The notes: generated from the letters alone by a model not told the origin. Shown: positions 1-10,406, counted from the first letter of the stretch. The stretch: DNA of 64,000 nucleotides from an uncultured bacterium (GCA_964562525.1 CAZLTL010000008.1:27710-91709); one strand, 5' to 3'. Made by a program: numbers and translations.

Positions 1-286
1 CAACTCCGACGAAAAGCGACCCAATCAAACCCGGACCCTCGGTCACAGCAATCAAATTCAGCTCATTCCCAGAAACGCCCGCTTCTTCGAGGGCTTGCTT
101 AAAAACAAAGTCGATTTGCTCGAGACAATGCCGCGAAGCAATTTCTGGAACAACACCGCCAAATTCTTTGTGGCGGAAAAGACTTGAAGAGATCACATTC
201 GAAAGAATTTCATCGCGCCCGCGTAGAACGGCGACGGATGTTTCATCGCAGGAGGTTTCTACCCCAAGAACCAAAGGCAGGTTCAT
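1..286 (-). CDS. tsaD: tRNA N6-adenosine threonylcarbamoyltransferase TsaD (N-terminal ~95 aa; runs off window start)
   Basis: Minus-strand translation MNLPLVLGVETSCDETSVAVLRG...VTEGPGLIGSLFVGV matches the Kae1/TsaD N-terminus. ATG at 284-286, directly after the gatB stop. Confidence 0.8.
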   Translation of the reverse strand, partial: MNLPLVLGVETSCDETSVAVLRGRDEILSNVISSSLFRHKEFGGVVPEIASRHCLEQIDFVFKQALEEAGVSGNELNLIAVTEGPGLIGSLFVGV

Positions 287-290
287 AGGC

Positions 291-1742
291 TCAGGAGAGT
301 TTTTTTGTAAGAATTTCGTTGATCATCTTCGGGTTAGCTTTACCCTGAGATTCTTTCATCACTTGTCCAACCAGAAATCCAAGCGCTTGTTTTTTTCCGG
401 CTTTAAAGTCTTCAACTGATTTGGGATTAGCGGCAATGACTTTATCGGCAATTTGTTCGATCAATCCCGTGTCTTGAACCTGCGCCAAACCTTTTTCTTT
501 CACGATTTGGTCGGCGGATTTATTTTCAGAAAGCATTAAAGGCAAAACATCTTTTGCGATTTTTCCGTTAATCGTGCTGTTATCAATCAATTGAATCAGC
601 CCCGCCAAAGCTTTGGGAGAAATAGGCGAATTTTCGATTTTGATTTTCTTTTCATTGAGCGTCCCGAGCAAATCATTTAAAAGCCAATTCGCAGCCAACT
701 TGGCACTCGCGCCTTCAGTGATCATCGTTTCAAAAAATGCCGCTAATAATTGGTCTTCAACCAAAACATGCGCATCCGCACGAGGAAGCCCTAGCTTTTC
801 TACAAATCGTTTTTCGCGGGCGCGCGGAAGTTCGGGTAAAGTTTTGCGCACCGCTTCGACTTTTTCACGGGCAATTGTAAAAGGCACTAAGTCGGGTTCG
901 GGAAAATAGCGGTAATCATGCGCATCTTCTTTTGAGCGCATCAGTTTGGTTTCACCTTTGGCTTCATCCCAAAGTCGGGTTTGCTGCTCAACCACACCGC
1001 CGTCTTCAATCACCTGAATTTGACGCGCAATTTCATAATCAATCGCTTTTTGAACAGCGCGGAAAGAATTCAAATTCTTGGTTTCGGTGCGTGTACCAAA
1101 TTTTTCTTGGCCTACAGGACGAACAGAAACGTTGGCATCGCAACGCAGCTTTCCCATCTCCATATCACAGTCACTTACCCCGGCATATTGCAAGACAGAC
1201 TTCAAAGCCGACAAATAAGCATAAGCTTCTTCGGCAGAGCGAATATCAGGTTCAGACACAATTTCAAGCAAAGGAATTCCGCCACGGTTGTAATCAACTA
1301 ATGTTCCGTCAGTAACTCCTTCATGCAAAAGTTTTCCCGCATCTTCTTCCAAGTGGGCGCGAGTAATACCTATTTTTTTCTCAACCCAATTCCCCTTTGC
1401 GTCCTTAAATTCAATCCACAAATGGCCATTTTTATTCACAGGCATATCAAACTGAGAAATTTGATACGCTTTGGGAAGATCGGGATAAAAATAATTTTTG
1501 CGGTCAAACTTCAACCGCGCGTTAATTTCGCAGTCCAACGCCAAGCCCGCGCGCATTCCCAGCTCCAATGCTTCCGCGTTTAAAACCGGCAAACTACCCG
1601 GCATACCCAAGCAAACAGGACACGTATTGGCATTCGGTTCAGAACCAAAATCTGTTGGACATGCACAAAACAGCTTGGACTTCGTTCCAAGCTGAACATG
1701 CACTTCAAGGCCGATGACTGGCTCGTATTTCATTTGTGTCAT
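291..1742 (-). CDS. gatB: Asp-tRNA(Asn)/Glu-tRNA(Gln) amidotransferase subunit B
   Basis: 483 aa with MKYEPVIGLEVHVQL and a GatB/YqeY C-terminal domain. Last gene of the gatCAB order. Confidence 0.95.
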   Translation of the reverse strand: MTQMKYEPVIGLEVHVQLGTKSKLFCACPTDFGSEPNANTCPVCLGMPGSLPVLNAEALELGMRAGLALDCEINARLKFDRKNYFYPDLPKAYQISQFDMPVNKNGHLWIEFKDAKGNWVEKKIGITRAHLEEDAGKLLHEGVTDGTLVDYNRGGIPLLEIVSEPDIRSAEEAYAYLSALKSVLQYAGVSDCDMEMGKLRCDANVSVRPVGQEKFGTRTETKNLNSFRAVQKAIDYEIARQIQVIEDGGVVEQQTRLWDEAKGETKLMRSKEDAHDYRYFPEPDLVPFTIAREKVEAVRKTLPELPRAREKRFVEKLGLPRADAHVLVEDQLLAAFFETMITEGASAKLAANWLLNDLLGTLNEKKIKIENSPISPKALAGLIQLIDNSTINGKIAKDVLPLMLSENKSADQIVKEKGLAQVQDTGLIEQIADKVIAANPKSVEDFKAGKKQALGFLVGQVMKESQGKANPKMINEILTKKLS

Positions 1743-1744
1743 TT

Positions 1745-3193
1745 TTATAAAGCAGGTTTCTTTTTGTAAAACTGCGTCTTCTGTTCGTATTGATGCGCCA
1801 TACGCAAAATGGTTTCTTCTTCAAAAGCACGGCCCATCAACTGCAGTCCAATCGGGAGTCCTGTGCCTGTAAATCCGCAAGGCACAGACAAAGCCGGAAT
1901 CCCAGCTAAGTTTGCGGGAATGGTATAAATATCTGATAAATACATAGCGAGCGGATCGCTTGATTTTTCGCCGATTTTAAATGCGGCGCACGGCGAAGTC
2001 GGAGAAAGAATCACATCCACCTCTTTAAACGCCTTGTCAAAATCATTGCGGATTAAAGTGCGAACTTTCTGGCCCTTCAAATAATAAGCTTCATAATATC
2101 CCGCGGATAAAACGAAAGTTCCGAGAAGAATGCGGCGCTTGGCTTCTTGTCCGAAACCCGCACTACGGCTCGCAAAATAAACTTCGCTTAAATCTTTGGC
2201 AGCTGCGCGCGCACCGTAACGCACGCCGTCAAAGCGCCCAAGATTCGAGCTCGCTTCCGCGACCGCAACAATATAATAAACTTCTACCGAATACTGCACA
2301 TGCGGCAAAGAAATTTCTTTCACTTCCGCACCCAAACCTTTTAAAACTTCCACGGCTTCGCGCACGGATTTTTCAACATCTTTATCCATGCCGCCAGTTG
2401 AATCTTTTGCGGTGTTTTCCGGGAAGAACTCTTTGGGTAAGCCGATCTTCAAACCTTTGATCGAAGTGTTTAAATTTTTTGTATAATCGGGAACCGAAAC
2501 ATTTGCCGAAGTGGAATCCATCGCGTCATGCCCTGCCATAACATTCATTAAAATCGCAGAATCTTCGACGGTTTTTGTAATCGGTCCGATTTGATCGAAG
2601 CTCGAACCGAAAGCAATCAAACCATGGCGAGAAATACGGCCATAAGTCGGTTTCAGACCCACAAGTCCGCATAGCGCGGCGGGCTGGCGAATCGACCCGC
2701 CGGTGTCACTGCCCAAAGCAGCATAAGCCATGTCAGCGGCAACCGAAGCCGCGGAACCACCCGAAGAGCCGCCCGGAACACGCGCTAAATCCCACGGGTT
2801 TTTGGACGGGCCGTAAGTCGATGTTTCACAAGAAGAACCAAACGCAAACTCATCCATATTGCAGCGGCCGTAAATCGAAGCTCCGGCGCCTTTTAACTTT
2901 TGAATGACATGCGCATCATACGGCGGAACATGGCCCTTTAAAATTTTGGAAGCACAGGTGGTTTCCTGTCCCTCTACGCAGATATTATCTTTTACAGCAA
3001 TGGGCACTCCTGCCAAAACGCCCGAAGCACCGCCCGCGATAACCGAACTGTTTTCAAGTCCAATGAAAGCATTAACCGAAGGATTTAATTTTTGCGCGCG
3101 ATTTTTTAAAGCGGTCACCAGATCAGCGGCTCCGCCTTTTTTTGCATGCTCAATCGCCTGTTTGAGTGTTAAGGAATGAAGCTCGCTCATCAT
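1745..3193 (-). CDS. gatA: Glu-tRNA(Gln) amidotransferase subunit A (amidase signature family)
   Basis: 482 aa with the GGSSGGSAASVAA amidase signature. ATG shares one base with the gatC stop. Confidence 0.95.
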   Translation of the reverse strand: MMSELHSLTLKQAIEHAKKGGAADLVTALKNRAQKLNPSVNAFIGLENSSVIAGGASGVLAGVPIAVKDNICVEGQETTCASKILKGHVPPYDAHVIQKLKGAGASIYGRCNMDEFAFGSSCETSTYGPSKNPWDLARVPGGSSGGSAASVAADMAYAALGSDTGGSIRQPAALCGLVGLKPTYGRISRHGLIAFGSSFDQIGPITKTVEDSAILMNVMAGHDAMDSTSANVSVPDYTKNLNTSIKGLKIGLPKEFFPENTAKDSTGGMDKDVEKSVREAVEVLKGLGAEVKEISLPHVQYSVEVYYIVAVAEASSNLGRFDGVRYGARAAAKDLSEVYFASRSAGFGQEAKRRILLGTFVLSAGYYEAYYLKGQKVRTLIRNDFDKAFKEVDVILSPTSPCAAFKIGEKSSDPLAMYLSDIYTIPANLAGIPALSVPCGFTGTGLPIGLQLMGRAFEEETILRMAHQYEQKTQFYKKKPAL

Positions 3194-3477
3194 TAAGCCC
3201 GGGAAACTGTTTTAGGAACTTTAAAAAAGAAGCCATCGCTCGCAGGCGCATGTTTCAGAACCTTATCTCGCGCGGATGATTTTTTCACTTCATCAGGACG
3301 CGTAACGTTCTCGAGATTCAAAACATGACTGGTCGGCTCAACATTTTGCGTGTCGAGCTTTTCAAGATTTTTCACATAATCAAGAATCGCGCCCAAGTCT
3401 TTCGACAGTTTGGCAGCCTCTTCGGGCGCCAAAGTCAGACGGGACAGTTTTGCGACCTGCTGAATATCAAAATTCAT
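3193..3477 (-). CDS. gatC: Glu-tRNA(Gln) amidotransferase subunit C
   Basis: MNFDIQQVAKLSRLTLAPEEAAKL... The ORF-track start at 3510 is TTG. An ATG at 3477 is preceded by AAGAGGAAA, so I call that the start. Confidence 0.85.
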   Translation of the reverse strand: MNFDIQQVAKLSRLTLAPEEAAKLSKDLGAILDYVKNLEKLDTQNVEPTSHVLNLENVTRPDEVKKSSARDKVLKHAPASDGFFFKVPKTVSRA

Positions 3478-3630
3478 CTGTTTCCTCTTGCCTCTGAGCC
3501 AGCGGCTCAACCGGCGAATCTAATTCACAAACTAGAACACAATTAACCCATTTAAGGAGAGCAAATTTAACATGTCAAACCAATGGACGCCAAGCTGAAT
3601 CTTTGAAGGGTTTATGCCGATAATCGCCCT

Positions 3631-5199
3631 ATGCAAAAAGCCTTTTCATCTCTCACCCCAACCCGTTTGGCATGCTGGATTCTAGCCTTGGGAACTTTTG
3701 TACTTTACGCGCCCACGCTTTTCTTTCAATTCCTTTACTATGACGACAATGAATATGTTTTTGAAAATCTGCATATCCGCGGCGGGTTAACGCTCGATTT
3801 CTTGCAATGGTTTTGGAACGCCCGTGTTTCAGCGAATTGGCATCCCTTAACCCTGCTTTCGCACGCGCTTGACGCACAAATTTACGGTATGTGGGCGGGC
3901 GGACATCATCTCACGAGCGTCTTGTTTCACATCGCAAATGCTCTACTTGTCTTTATTCTCTTTCACCGCATTACCCAATCGGCAGGAAAATCTTTTCTGC
4001 TTGCGGCAATTTTCGCCTGGCATCCGGTCAAAGTGGAATCGGTTGCCTGGATCGCGGAAAGAAAAGACGTTCTCTCTACTTTTTTCGCCTTACTATCTAT
4101 GCTGGCCTATGAACAAAGCTCAAGACCCGAAACCCAAGGCCCAAAAAAGAAATGGCTGCTCAGCCTAACTTGTTTTGCCTTGTCGCTGATGAGCAAACCT
4201 ATGTACGTCAGCCTTCCCATCATTCTTCTGCTTTTTGATTTTTGGCCCTTACAAAGAAAAGATAAAAACTTTTTCGGCTTATTGGTGGAAAAAGTGCCTT
4301 TCATCGTGCTATCAGCGGTCTCTTGCCTAATTGCTTTGAAGTATCAGTCGGAAGGCGGCGCCATTAAAAACTTCACCCATTTGCCGCTGGCGGTTCATGT
4401 TGCGAATATTGCGCAAGCGTATTGGGATTATATTTTTCTTTTCTTACTACCCGCCAAACTCTCCATTTTCTACCCCTACACCCCAAACTCGCATGTCTCG
4501 CTTTCGCTGCTGATCGCTTTATTCTTCAGTGCTGTGACAGGGCTTTTATTTTGGAAAAGAAATATAGTGCCGGCGCTGTGGGTGGGATGGTGCTTGTTCC
4601 TAGTCTGCCTTCTCCCCGTCATCGGCATAGTCAAGCTAGGATCACATTGGATTGCGTGCCGCTATCTTTACTGGCCGTCAATCGGTCTTTCCTTCATTTT
4701 AATTTGGGGTTGTGGGGCGATCATTCAGAAGCTTACGAGTCTGCGCAAACTTTTCCTAATTGGAGCTGCAATTTTGCTGGTAGTTTGGAGCATTGCAACC
4801 GCGCGCTACTTAGAAAAATGGCAAAATAGCTATGTCCTTTTCACTCACGCGAAAAAAACTGTTCCCGAAAACTGGATCGCTCACATTAATTTACGTGCGG
4901 CATACGGACGCGATGGCAATCATGAAAAAGCCGCGGAACATTATTTGGAAGCGATTAAGATCTTTCCAGACGTTCTTGAGAAAATCGAACCGCATTGGCT
5001 TGATTTTTATTACATGGGCAAAATCAATTGGAAGCGGGGTCAAATTCCGCAGGCTGAAAGTTTTTTTAAAGAAGCGGCGCGTTTAATTGCCGCAACTCCT
5101 CCCAAAAAACTGCATCCCGACACAAGCGATGAACGTAAAGTTCTGGCGAGCTGCCTTGCCGCGATTCAGTCCAACCAGCCTCAAAGCTGTGCTTTTTAA
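3631..5199 (+). CDS. Multi-pass membrane protein with C-terminal TPR region, TMTC/DUF1736-like (PMT/GT39-fold putative protein mannosyltransferase)
   Basis: 522 aa, about 10 predicted TM helices, YYDDNEYVFEN acidic motif near the N-terminus, TPR-like C-terminal 120 aa. ATG at 3631. Confidence 0.5.
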   Translation: MQKAFSSLTPTRLACWILALGTFVLYAPTLFFQFLYYDDNEYVFENLHIRGGLTLDFLQWFWNARVSANWHPLTLLSHALDAQIYGMWAGGHHLTSVLFHIANALLVFILFHRITQSAGKSFLLAAIFAWHPVKVESVAWIAERKDVLSTFFALLSMLAYEQSSRPETQGPKKKWLLSLTCFALSLMSKPMYVSLPIILLLFDFWPLQRKDKNFFGLLVEKVPFIVLSAVSCLIALKYQSEGGAIKNFTHLPLAVHVANIAQAYWDYIFLFLLPAKLSIFYPYTPNSHVSLSLLIALFFSAVTGLLFWKRNIVPALWVGWCLFLVCLLPVIGIVKLGSHWIACRYLYWPSIGLSFILIWGCGAIIQKLTSLRKLFLIGAAILLVVWSIATARYLEKWQNSYVLFTHAKKTVPENWIAHINLRAAYGRDGNHEKAAEHYLEAIKIFPDVLEKIEPHWLDFYYMGKINWKRGQIPQAESFFKEAARLIAATPPKKLHPDTSDERKVLASCLAAIQSNQPQSCAF

Positions 5200-5205
5200 G
5201 CGGCT

Positions 5206-7368
5206 TTAGCTCGACGCTCCGGTGCTCGCGGCCGTAAGCGCAATCATAAAAGCATAATCACGGGCAATTTCCTTGAGAAAGGCATAACGTCCCGACGGTC
5301 CACCGTGACCGGAGCCCATGTGAATCACCATCAACAGCAAGTGATTATCTTTTTTTGTGGCGCGCAATTTAGCAGTCCACTTTGCGGGCTCCCAATATTG
5401 AACTCGCGGGTCATTCAATCCGCCGGTCACCAACATATGCGGATAATTTTGCGCGCGAATATTCTCATACGGCGCATAACTGCGGATTAAATCAAAGGCC
5501 TCACGCTCCTGAGGGTTCCCCCACTCATCATATTCGGTGACAGTCAAAGGCAAGCTGGCGTCGAGCATAGTATTTAAGGCATCCACAAAGGGAACATCTA
5601 AAATCACAGCGCGAAACAAATCGGGCCGCAAATTAACAACCGCGCCCATCAAAAGACCCCCGGCGCTGCCGCCGGATATTCCAAGCCTTGAAGGCGAAGT
5701 ATATTTTTCACGAATTAAAAATTCAGCGCAAGCGATGAAGTCTAAAAAAGTATTCATTTTATTTTTAAGCTTGCCCGCGTCATACCAAGGGCGCCCCATG
5801 TCCCCGCCACCGCGAATATGCGCGATAGCATAAACAAATCCTCTGTCCAACAAACTTAAGCGGCCGGAAGAAAAAACGGGATCCATGCTAATACCATATG
5901 ACCCATACCCATAAAGCCAAGCCGGTGCGGAACCGTCGCGCTTCAGCCCCTTCTTATAAACAAGCGAAACAGGAATGCGTGTTCCATCATGCGAAACGGC
6001 AAAAACACGCTCAGAAGCATACTTTGAGGAATCATAACCGCCTAAAACTTCTTGCTGCTTCTTCAGTTCTTTTTTACGTGTGCGCATGTTGTAGTCATAA
6101 ACCGTGGACGGCGTCAGCAAAGACGCAAAACCTACGCGCAATACTTCTGAGTCATACTCCGGGTTTGACCCCGCACCGGAAGTATAAACTTCTTCACCAA
6201 AATCAATTTTATGCTCCGTCCGGTCCTTGAGATGCATAACGCGAATTTCAGTGTTGCCGTTCGTGCGTTCATATAAAACCACATAATCTTTAAACGCGTC
6301 GAGACCTTCCAATTTGACTTCGGGCCGGTGCGGATACCACTCTTTCCAGTTCGCGCGCGCCGAGAGAGCAGCCGGAGTTTCCATCACGCGAAAATTAACC
6401 GCATTCCAATTGGTTACAATTAAAAATCGCCCGTTTTCATGCTCAGCGGAATATTCGATTCCCTCTTCACGCGCGGCAAGTATCTGAAACGCTTCAGTGG
6501 GTTTTTCCGCGTTGAGAAAGTGTTCTTCGCTGGTGTTTTTGCTTTGCAAAGAAAGATAAATAATCTTTTCGTCTTTTGATTTTCCCGCGGCCAGAAAAAA
6601 CCGCTCATCATTCTCTTCATAAACCAAAACATCCGCCTCATGACTCGAACCTAAAACATGCCGGAACAAACGATAAGGCCGCTTCATCGCGTCCAAAGTA
6701 CTGTAAAAGAAAGTGCGGCTGTCCGCGGCCCAAACCAAACTTGTCCCCGTTGCGGGAATTTTTTCGGAGAGCAGCTCTCCGCTTTCAAGATTTTTTACCT
6801 GCAGCGTATAAGTTTCCGCGCCGGAATTATCCCAAGAATAAGCTAAAAGCTTTTGATCGGGACTGATCGCAAAAACTCCGAGCTCAAAATTCTCAACTCC
6901 CTCCGCAAGAACATTAACGTCGAGCAGTACTTCCTCCGGAGCATCCAGCGAACCTTTCTTTCTGCAATAAATCGAATAAGCTTTGCCCTTGACCGTACGT
7001 GAGTAATAAAAGTAGCCTTTGCGCCTAACAGGAACACTTAAATCATCTTCCTTGATTCTGCCCAGCATTTCGTCATAAAGCTTTTTTTGAAAGCTTTCCG
7101 TAGGCTTTAAAATTTTTTCGGCATAATCGTTTTCAGCTCTGAGATAGCTGATCACTTCAGGGTTTGTTTTTTCGCGCAGCCAAAAGTAAGGATCTTGCCA
7201 AGTTTGGCCATGTGCTGTCATCGCATGCGGTTTTTTTGCGGTAATCGGCGGCTTTTCTTTTAAAGCATTCTCAATCGAAAATTCAGGCATTGATTTCTTT
7301 CCAATCCAATTCGTCACAATGACCGCAATCACAGCGGCCAAAACTAAAATAAAAAATATTTTTTTCAA
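5206..7368 (-). CDS. ptrB: S9A serine peptidase, oligopeptidase B / prolyl oligopeptidase family, with N-terminal signal anchor
   Basis: 720 aa. Has the GGSAGGLLMG nucleophile elbow, a beta-propeller N-domain, and Asp and His triad residues near the C-terminus. N-terminus MKKIFFILVLAAVIAVIV. Confidence 0.85.
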   Translation of the reverse strand: MKKIFFILVLAAVIAVIVTNWIGKKSMPEFSIENALKEKPPITAKKPHAMTAHGQTWQDPYFWLREKTNPEVISYLRAENDYAEKILKPTESFQKKLYDEMLGRIKEDDLSVPVRRKGYFYYSRTVKGKAYSIYCRKKGSLDAPEEVLLDVNVLAEGVENFELGVFAISPDQKLLAYSWDNSGAETYTLQVKNLESGELLSEKIPATGTSLVWAADSRTFFYSTLDAMKRPYRLFRHVLGSSHEADVLVYEENDERFFLAAGKSKDEKIIYLSLQSKNTSEEHFLNAEKPTEAFQILAAREEGIEYSAEHENGRFLIVTNWNAVNFRVMETPAALSARANWKEWYPHRPEVKLEGLDAFKDYVVLYERTNGNTEIRVMHLKDRTEHKIDFGEEVYTSGAGSNPEYDSEVLRVGFASLLTPSTVYDYNMRTRKKELKKQQEVLGGYDSSKYASERVFAVSHDGTRIPVSLVYKKGLKRDGSAPAWLYGYGSYGISMDPVFSSGRLSLLDRGFVYAIAHIRGGGDMGRPWYDAGKLKNKMNTFLDFIACAEFLIREKYTSPSRLGISGGSAGGLLMGAVVNLRPDLFRAVILDVPFVDALNTMLDASLPLTVTEYDEWGNPQEREAFDLIRSYAPYENIRAQNYPHMLVTGGLNDPRVQYWEPAKWTAKLRATKKDNHLLLMVIHMGSGHGGPSGRYAFLKEIARDYAFMIALTAASTGASS

Positions 7369-7412
7369 ATATCACCGGCTCGATACGTGCAAATAAGCTC
7401 CGTTCCGAAAAG

Positions 7413-8042
7413 CTAGCTTTGCTGAAGCCGTTCCGCTGCGGCTTGTCCCTGGAGCATCTGCTCCGCCTCTTTACGCTGAGCATCCGAGGATAGTCCCAGT
7501 GCCTCCGCGGGAGCTTGAACCGCGCTATTCATGACCACACCGCTAACCTCTTCAACCGCGTCACCGGGAATCGCCGCGATTTTTTTGGCGGTATTAAGCG
7601 TTTGGTCCAATACTTTTGATTTCGCGGAAATATCTCCCGAGGGTCTCAGACGCAAATCATAGTGATCATTCTCGAGGTTTTTCATGGAGCCCGATACAAA
7701 ATCAATCGGCCACGCGAACAAATGCCCTAGCCCAAGCGTCCACTTGCTCCACTTTTGCCAATTGATCCGGGTGGAATAGCGAAAACCCTCGCTCGAAAGC
7801 TTGGACCAAACTCTGAACTTAACAACCTCATGTCCGGGAGCTTGACTGACGCAATCATGGCTCGAAGCACGCCGCAGCATCAAGTTGCCGGGGAGCTCAA
7901 TCGCTTCTCCGTGACAATTCACCGTGGCTTGCGGTGCATTTGATTTAAAGTAAACCCGCACCCGGTCATTTTGCCGTCCATAACTTGTCGCGCAGCCCTG
8001 CAAAAGAACAACTCCCAAAATAAAAAAAAGGGTTAGCTTCAT
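7413..8042 (-). CDS. Hypothetical lipoprotein
   Basis: Signal peptide MKLTLFFILGVVLLQGC with a lipobox Cys. The ORF track starts at GTG 8057, overlapping the purN stop. ATG at 8042 gives the clean signal peptide. No recognisable domain. Confidence 0.5.
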   Translation of the reverse strand: MKLTLFFILGVVLLQGCATSYGRQNDRVRVYFKSNAPQATVNCHGEAIELPGNLMLRRASSHDCVSQAPGHEVVKFRVWSKLSSEGFRYSTRINWQKWSKWTLGLGHLFAWPIDFVSGSMKNLENDHYDLRLRPSGDISAKSKVLDQTLNTAKKIAAIPGDAVEEVSGVVMNSAVQAPAEALGLSSDAQRKEAEQMLQGQAAAERLQQS

Positions 8043-8053
8043 GCTCATGCAAC

Positions 8054-8623
8054 TCACTCCCGGCTTAAAAGAAGGCGCAAAGCCTCCGGATAAAGTTCGT
8101 ACTCCGTTTGGTGGATGCGCTCTTCAACCGCTTCCAGATTTTCACCGAGATAAATCGGAACTTTTTTCTGCAAAATAACCGGCCCGGTATCCGTGCCTTC
8201 ATCCACATAATGCACCGTCACTCCGGTTTCAGGGACTTTAGCCACATACGCGTCCCGGATTGCGTGCGCACCCGGAAAAGCAGGTAAATAAGAAGGGTGA
8301 ATATTAATTAATTTTTTAGGATACTTACGGACAAACCAAGGCGTCAAAAGTCGCATGAATCCCGCAAGACAAATGAAGTCTGGCGCGGTCGAATCAATCA
8401 CCCTGGATAACTCAATATCAAAATCTTCTCGTTTTTTAAATTGCTGATGATCAATCACGCACGCGGGCACACGCAGCAAAGCCGCGCGATCCAGCGCTCC
8501 GACTTCGGGACGATTTGATATCACAAGAATCGGCTCAGCCGGAATCTCCCCCGAGCGCATCCGCTTAATCAGATTCTCCATATTGGTTCCACTGCCCGAA
8601 ACCAAAAGCACAATACGTTTCAC
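8054..8623 (-). CDS. purN: Phosphoribosylglycinamide formyltransferase
   Basis: MKRIVLLVSGSGTNMENLI... with a formyl transferase fold. 189 aa. Confidence 0.9.
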   Translation of the reverse strand: MKRIVLLVSGSGTNMENLIKRMRSGEIPAEPILVISNRPEVGALDRAALLRVPACVIDHQQFKKREDFDIELSRVIDSTAPDFICLAGFMRLLTPWFVRKYPKKLINIHPSYLPAFPGAHAIRDAYVAKVPETGVTVHYVDEGTDTGPVILQKKVPIYLGENLEAVEERIHQTEYELYPEALRLLLSRE

Positions 8624-8626
8624 AGC

Positions 8627-9388
8627 TTATTCCTCATCTTCATCAGGCAAACCTTCATCTGGCAGCCGTGCACCCAAAATTTCTTCATCGGCAACATGCG
8701 GCAAGCCGGTGAATATTTTTTTACGGTTGGCCCCGGCAATCATCAGCACCATCTCACCTTTGCGCGGACGCTTCTTTAAATTATCTGCGATGCGGCTTAA
8801 TGTTCCACGCAAAGTTTCTTCAAATTTTTTCGTCATCTCACGTGCGATCGCGGCTTCCCTGTCGCCTAAAACTTCCAATGCTTCCGTCACGGCTTTCTCA
8901 ATCCGGAAAGGCGATTCAAAAAAAATAAGCGTTTCCTCTCGTTCTGCGATTTCAGCAAAAAGCTTCTTGCGCTGTGACGATTTGGGCGGCAAAAAACCAA
9001 AGAAAGAAAAGGAATCCACGGCGAGCCCACTTAAAACCAAAGCATTGGTTACCGCGCAGGCACCCGGAAGAACTTCTACCGGCACCTGAAACTCACGCGC
9101 AAACCGCATCATTTCAAATCCGGGGTCATTTACAAGCGGTGTCCCGCCGTCTGAAACCAAAACAATATGTTTGCCTTCGCGCAGCATGGCCGCCAGCTTG
9201 CGCTTGCTTTCAGGCGAGGAATGGTCATGATGGCTCAGCACCGGTTTATCAATCGCGTAGTGTCGCAGCAGAACAAGTGTGTGGCGCGTATCTTCACAAG
9301 CCACAATATCGCATTTCTTCAGCGCCTCAAGCGCGCGCAGTGTAATATCACCTAAATTGCCTATCGGAGTTGAAACAATGCTCAGCAT
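8627..9388 (-). CDS. rsmI: 16S rRNA (cytidine1402-2'-O)-methyltransferase
   Basis: MLSIVSTPIGNLGDITLRALEALKKCDIVACEDTRHT, a tetrapyrrole-methylase-type RsmI N-terminus. Acidic C-terminal tail. Confidence 0.85.
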   Translation of the reverse strand: MLSIVSTPIGNLGDITLRALEALKKCDIVACEDTRHTLVLLRHYAIDKPVLSHHDHSSPESKRKLAAMLREGKHIVLVSDGGTPLVNDPGFEMMRFAREFQVPVEVLPGACAVTNALVLSGLAVDSFSFFGFLPPKSSQRKKLFAEIAEREETLIFFESPFRIEKAVTEALEVLGDREAAIAREMTKKFEETLRGTLSRIADNLKKRPRKGEMVLMIAGANRKKIFTGLPHVADEEILGARLPDEGLPDEDEE

Positions 9389-9400
9389 AGACTCACCTCC

Positions 9401-10393
9401 CTATCGGGTCCGTTCAAGTATGTAACCCGCTAATTTTTCTAAACTTTGCCGCGCGGGTGTGTCGGCAAAGGATGCCAAACAATTTTGCGCTTTTAAAATT
9501 TCTTCCCGGGCGCGCTGAAAAGTTGCTTCTAATCCGCCCTGCTCCGCAATCAAAGAGCGCAACTGCTGAAAAGCTTCAGGTGAGGCGGATGCCTCAATCA
9601 AACGAATCACTTCGGATTTCAATTGAGGAGTTTTGCGCATGACCTCAATTAACGGTAAAGTCATCACACCCGCTGCTAAATCGGTCCCGAGAGTCTTGCC
9701 GAATTCTTCCTGATTCGCCGTAAAATCAAGACAGTCGTCAATCATTTGAAACGCTAAACCAAAGTGGGTTCCAAACTCCGCCAGCAAACCTGCCTGCTTA
9801 TTATCAGCTCCGGCTGTACGCGCACCCGCTTCCAAAACACAGGCTAAAAGCGACGCGGTTTTTTTATAAATAATTTCCAAATACTCCGCTTCGGTCAAAT
9901 CAAAGTAGCGGACACGGCGCAGCTCATGAATTTCACCGTCACAAACCACGCCCGCGGTTTTTAAGAACAAACTCATTACCTCGCGAGGCGAGTTTTCAAA
10001 AATGGTTACCAAAGCACGGTCATGCAGATAATCTCCAGCTAAAACCGCCGTTGAAGAACCCCATTTGGAGTTAACCGATGCTAATCCTCGCCGGATTTCG
10101 GCACGGTCAATAATGTCATCATGAATTAAAGTAGCTGCATGAAAAATCTCAAAAGAAGCGGCTAAGTTAAGTAGTTTTTTCTCTGCCGTTTCCGAGCGGT
10201 CTTGAATCATGGCCGCGCCCAAAAAAGTCATCGCGGGGCGAAGCATTTTTCCATGCGCCTGAAAAAAATGATCAGTCACATCCTGAATTAAAGGATTGGA
10301 AGACTCCAAAATGATTTTGATTTGGGCCGGAACGCCCTTCAGAGAATCCGCAACCGGAGCATAAAGTTCATCAAGAAAAGACTGGGTCTTCAT
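9401..10393 (-). CDS. ispB: Polyprenyl diphosphate synthase (trans-IPPS; octa/heptaprenyl-type)
   Basis: First DDxxD motif (LIHDDIIDRAE) and second (MIDDCLDF). 330 aa. Confidence 0.8.
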   Translation of the reverse strand: MKTQSFLDELYAPVADSLKGVPAQIKIILESSNPLIQDVTDHFFQAHGKMLRPAMTFLGAAMIQDRSETAEKKLLNLAASFEIFHAATLIHDDIIDRAEIRRGLASVNSKWGSSTAVLAGDYLHDRALVTIFENSPREVMSLFLKTAGVVCDGEIHELRRVRYFDLTEAEYLEIIYKKTASLLACVLEAGARTAGADNKQAGLLAEFGTHFGLAFQMIDDCLDFTANQEEFGKTLGTDLAAGVMTLPLIEVMRKTPQLKSEVIRLIEASASPEAFQQLRSLIAEQGGLEATFQRAREEILKAQNCLASFADTPARQSLEKLAGYILERTR

Positions 10394-10406
10394 GAACGTT
10401 ATTTTA

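Noticed and set aside
168-419. 83-aa plus-strand ORF at the window start
   Set aside because: It lies antisense across the gatB/tsaD junction, is low-complexity, and has no RBS. It is a frame artefact of the GC-biased codons on the other strand.
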